NCBI GenBank assembly: GCA_000004985.1
Contig: GG738907.1
Direction: 5' to 3' (one strand)
Length of the DNA stretch: 64,000 nucleotides
DNA from: Naegleria gruberi
Taxonomy: Eukaryota
Made by a program: the position numbers and the translations under genes. Shown one piece after another: positions 62,201 through 64,000 of this stretch (position 1 is its first letter; each line of letters begins with the position of its first letter). Under the pieces are notes generated by a model. It ran no database searches and was not told the origin of the DNA. It saw only the letters and a program-made list of their open reading frames with translations.

Positions 62201-63043
62201 TTGTTCAACATTCTTTTCCAATTGTGAAATGGTAGCAGTGTAAGTTTCAACATTGATAGATTGCAATTTCTTTTCTTGCTCTTCGACTTTCTTGTTCAAA
62301 TCTTGAACTACCTTTGAATGGGAATCTTCAACTTGTTTCTTTTCCTTGTTGAGTTTTTGAACAATTTGTTCGGATTCTTCTAATTTCTTCTTCAAATCTT
62401 GAGAAGTTTGATCCAAAGAAGATTTTGCCTTCTTGAGTTGCTCATTCAATTCTTCAATCTTCTTTTCGGAAATTTGAGCTTCCTTCTTCTTGTCATTCAA
62501 AATCTTGTTCTTTTCCTCATCAAGTTTAGTTTGGAATTTCTTTTCCAAATCGGATTCACTCTTCTTTAATGATTCAGTCTCCTTGGAGAGTGTCTTGTTA
62601 AGTTGTTGTTCCTTTACCAATTGTTCATTCAATTCTTGATTTTGCTTTTCCAACAATTTAACAGAATCTTGTTGAGTTTTCAAAGTTTCGACTTGTTTCT
62701 CAACCTTTTCACTTTCTTCTTGAATTTTCTTCTTTTCAGAGTTGACTTTCTCAACTTCCTTTGTTAAAGTTTGGTTTTGTTCAGTCAATTTCGAAACTTT
62801 CTCTTCTAATTTTCCAACTTTATCTTCATCTGGATTTTCTTTCTTTTTATTCTTGGAGAGGAGGAATAAATTTCCAAGACCAACAAGTATTAAAGTAGCC
62901 AACAAAGCAAGAATAGTTGTATCAGCCATATTGACAATTGATGATGAAAATTTCTTCGGTTGTTGATGATGACAGGTTTTCTCACTGAAGTGTGAAATTT
63001 TTTTTTGAGCGGTCAAAGTTTGCCTGTTGATTGGAGATAACAA
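59216..63043 (-). CDS. Giant coiled-coil protein (1275 aa) with an N-terminal signal-anchor TM helix and a C-terminal RNI-type LRR cap
   Basis: The N-terminus has a basic stretch then a TM helix TTILALLATLILVGLGNLFLL. About 1000 aa of uninterrupted heptad-rich E/K/Q/L sequence follows. The C-terminus is LKNKGCDDDVARVVLQNVKPNSHISKLDLSNNPLITDESAPLVVELVKNNVALKTLDLTGTGFTASGLSTIVSAAQSNTHLTELLV. Its stop codon lies 1 nt from the convergent enoyl-CoA hydratase stop. Confidence 0.65.
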   Translation of the reverse strand: MLSPINRQTLTAQKKISHFSEKTCHHQQPKKFSSSIVNMADTTILALLATLILVGLGNLFLLSKNKKKENPDEDKVGKLEEKVSKLTEQNQTLTKEVEKVNSEKKKIQEESEKVEKQVETLKTQQDSVKLLEKQNQELNEQLVKEQQLNKTLSKETESLKKSESDLEKKFQTKLDEEKNKILNDKKKEAQISEKKIEELNEQLKKAKSSLDQTSQDLKKKLEESEQIVQKLNKEKKQVEDSHSKVVQDLNKKVEEQEKKLQSINVETYTATISQLEKNVEQLKLTLSESKQSEEKLNSQIKKLEQDAKQSGSSLEQDIQKLNEDLNKTKQSESDLQKQLSESKVSHAKLEQDAESLRKQLDELNQSLQSKEKNASESISESEKQIATLKTQIEELTQNINTLNGKLTQAETLSSTLKTELEQANTQSTQHAASLSEKEKQVSDLEKSIAELEKVKIQYNESLETIKSLEKTIHSSSQSSESTQKEKESLEKEITLLKEQIATLNANSQTLTQEKESQVSKAKSLEEQVSNLSTDNSKLLESIKQKEEEINQTKQSLENEKNKLADDLNKIKSENEATLSTLQTLQKTIEESKENASSAVKTIENEKEELSKKLETANSEKAELQKQADKLKEDLAESSNKSQQAATQNSELSQKVQDLQSQLENAQKEKETDLTKLQSQISTLESQLKNHSEVSSSLETLQSEKNSLADKATKLEQDIAEKEKQLKELAQQVETSQTDLNNVKTQLDAEKKTSTETVEALNAATKKSQELESHIQELKKSLEEETQSKTSQVQALTQQLTEQSEKFAKLEESLKTTSSSSNEQVETLKSQLQQVEKQLEESQSTLKTTNAKIDEYKKQVEEITTQLESSKKQESALETQSKTLEQELQSIKKQLEEKASELEKNGTELKNTVESVKSLTEELSNEKKTAETLKQQIDVLNKEKESSASDLSNTVTELKESLKKKEDEINQSENNLKTLNEKIAELTQQVEKASEETKSNQHSLDNQVDENNKLKQSLDELNTTLNGKESELNEMQQRVEHLAKQVEISSQQLSETQIEFEKEKSAMLTQISSLETQTKLQETIFQQQNESEEKMIEQTSNEDLSPAAVSETSSTKSYVNLVEFDDILDAAENGETPDMDFDGIILELRYLDREQLQDFGYLLEYATTLKSVSLKNKGCDDDVARVVLQNVKPNSHISKLDLSNNPLITDESAPLVVELVKNNVALKTLDLTGTGFTASGLSTIVSAAQSNTHLTELLVDTQNLTNDEKSKLPQNK

Positions 63044-64000
63044 ATAGTCGTCAATTTATTGTGTGATGGTAATGAAAAAGGATATTATGAATGTAGAATA
63101 GATTACTTTTTATTGTATCCTAATGTCCTTCTTTATTTTCAAAAAGCCAGTGGAATGATGGCTTGGAATTTTCCCTCCAAAATTTAAAAATATTTTAAAA
63201 AAATTGGCAACCATAAGCAAGAAAATAATCAGAAGAAAATGGCCAGAGTGATGGTGGGTTTGTTAAGTTAGCTTGTTATGTTTTTCAACCCAGAGAATAT
63301 GTTGTGATGGTTATTGGATCATTGCAGTGGTATTGCTCACTCGGGTGAAGTTCTCCATGATTAAAGTTCTTGTTTCACAAGTTATCCCTATCTGTAAGAA
63401 AATGTGAAGATAAACAATATGGTAAAAATTGGATGAGCAAATTTTAATATTTGAATTGTTTTTATTCTATTATGAGATTATTATTGTAATATTCACAATA
63501 CAGACAGGTTCATGATTACAAGGATCTAAGTTTGTTCTTAATTCATGATGTTAAACATGTTGTGACGACAATAGCTGTTTTTGATACATTTGACTAATAA
63601 CGTACCTTTTGTGGTCGCCTATTCCACTTGAGGGGTTCACAATCAAGGCAACAAATCACTCATCAGCGATTACAATTGTATGAACTATTGAAAATGCTTT
63701 GTGTGGGTATTACCAATAAGAATCAATGTTCAATTAAACTCTGTTGATGATGAGCAACGGTCGCGAATAATTATTATTAAATTCTCAAACAAAAAACCAT
63801 CTCTCAATATTCCCACTCTTGTGTGTGACATTTATTTGTTCATCATCAACAGCATCAACAACACTTTAATAATATTTTAACAAACTTGATCGGTATCAAA
63901 ATATTGTCAACAACTCAACAACAACCCTTGTAGAGTTCATTATCATCATCTTATCCATACAAAGTCTGTGAGAGCATAGGCCTAGATTCTATTCTTCTAA

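Noticed and set aside
1-64000. Mobile elements (transposase, reverse transcriptase, integrase ORFs, LTRs, TIRs), other than the 28-bp inverted repeat at the tRNA-Leu locus
   Set aside because: None found on either strand. The only repeated sequences are the paralogous gene family, the coding tandem repeat, microsatellites and the two short repeats listed.

Overview
This 64 kb window is a gene-dense (about one gene per 1.8 kb), AT-rich (roughly 65% A+T) piece of eukaryotic nuclear DNA read with the standard genetic code. The evidence for a eukaryotic nucleus is: short spliceosomal introns with yeast-like signals (5' GTAAGT or GTATGT, branch (T/C)ACTAAC or CTGAT, 3' AG); a dispersed 5S rRNA gene; an initiator tRNA-Met with an A1:U72 pair; and poly-N/Q low-complexity proteins. 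I cannot name the organism. It resembles a free-living protist or early-diverging fungus-like lineage with aerobic mitochondria (a mitochondrial-targeted enoyl-CoA hydratase and a cytochrome P450 are present).

Recognisable genes: a TRPML/PKD-type channel (5'-truncated), a WD40 protein, a P4-ATPase flippase (2 exons), an ABCB half-transporter (3 exons), an FAD monooxygenase, a cytochrome P450, an enoyl-CoA hydratase, a NEDD8-like ubiquitin-like protein, an LZTR1-like Kelch-BTB-BTB protein, a Mis18/Yippee-like protein, a DUF985 cupin, an F-box plus pseudo-Rho GTPase fusion, several F-box/LRR proteins, and a giant membrane-anchored coiled-coil protein with a C-terminal LRR.

RNA genes: tRNA-Ser(GCU), tRNA-Asp(GUC), tRNA-iMet, tRNA-Lys(CUU), a probably defective tRNA-Pro(UGG), an aberrant tRNA-Leu(CAA)-like gene, and a 5S rRNA.

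The most unusual structure is a same-strand array of four paralogs (37.7-44.4 kb), with a fifth dispersed copy at 20.6 kb. They belong to an uncharacterised family with the architecture low-complexity N-terminus, LPNFxEFL motif, coiled coil, basic patch, and a conserved ~90-aa C-terminal domain bearing a K-x-A-W-R-x-S-I motif. Other noteworthy items: a tRNA-Leu-like gene whose D-loop is disrupted by one arm of a perfect 28-bp inverted repeat; several in-frame, stop-containing, 3n-length introns; and convergent genes whose stop codons lie 1 nt apart.

No CRISPR arrays, transposon ORFs or prokaryotic operon structure were found. The supplied ORF track uses alternative start codons (TTG/GTG translated as M), so several listed ORF starts are not real translation starts.
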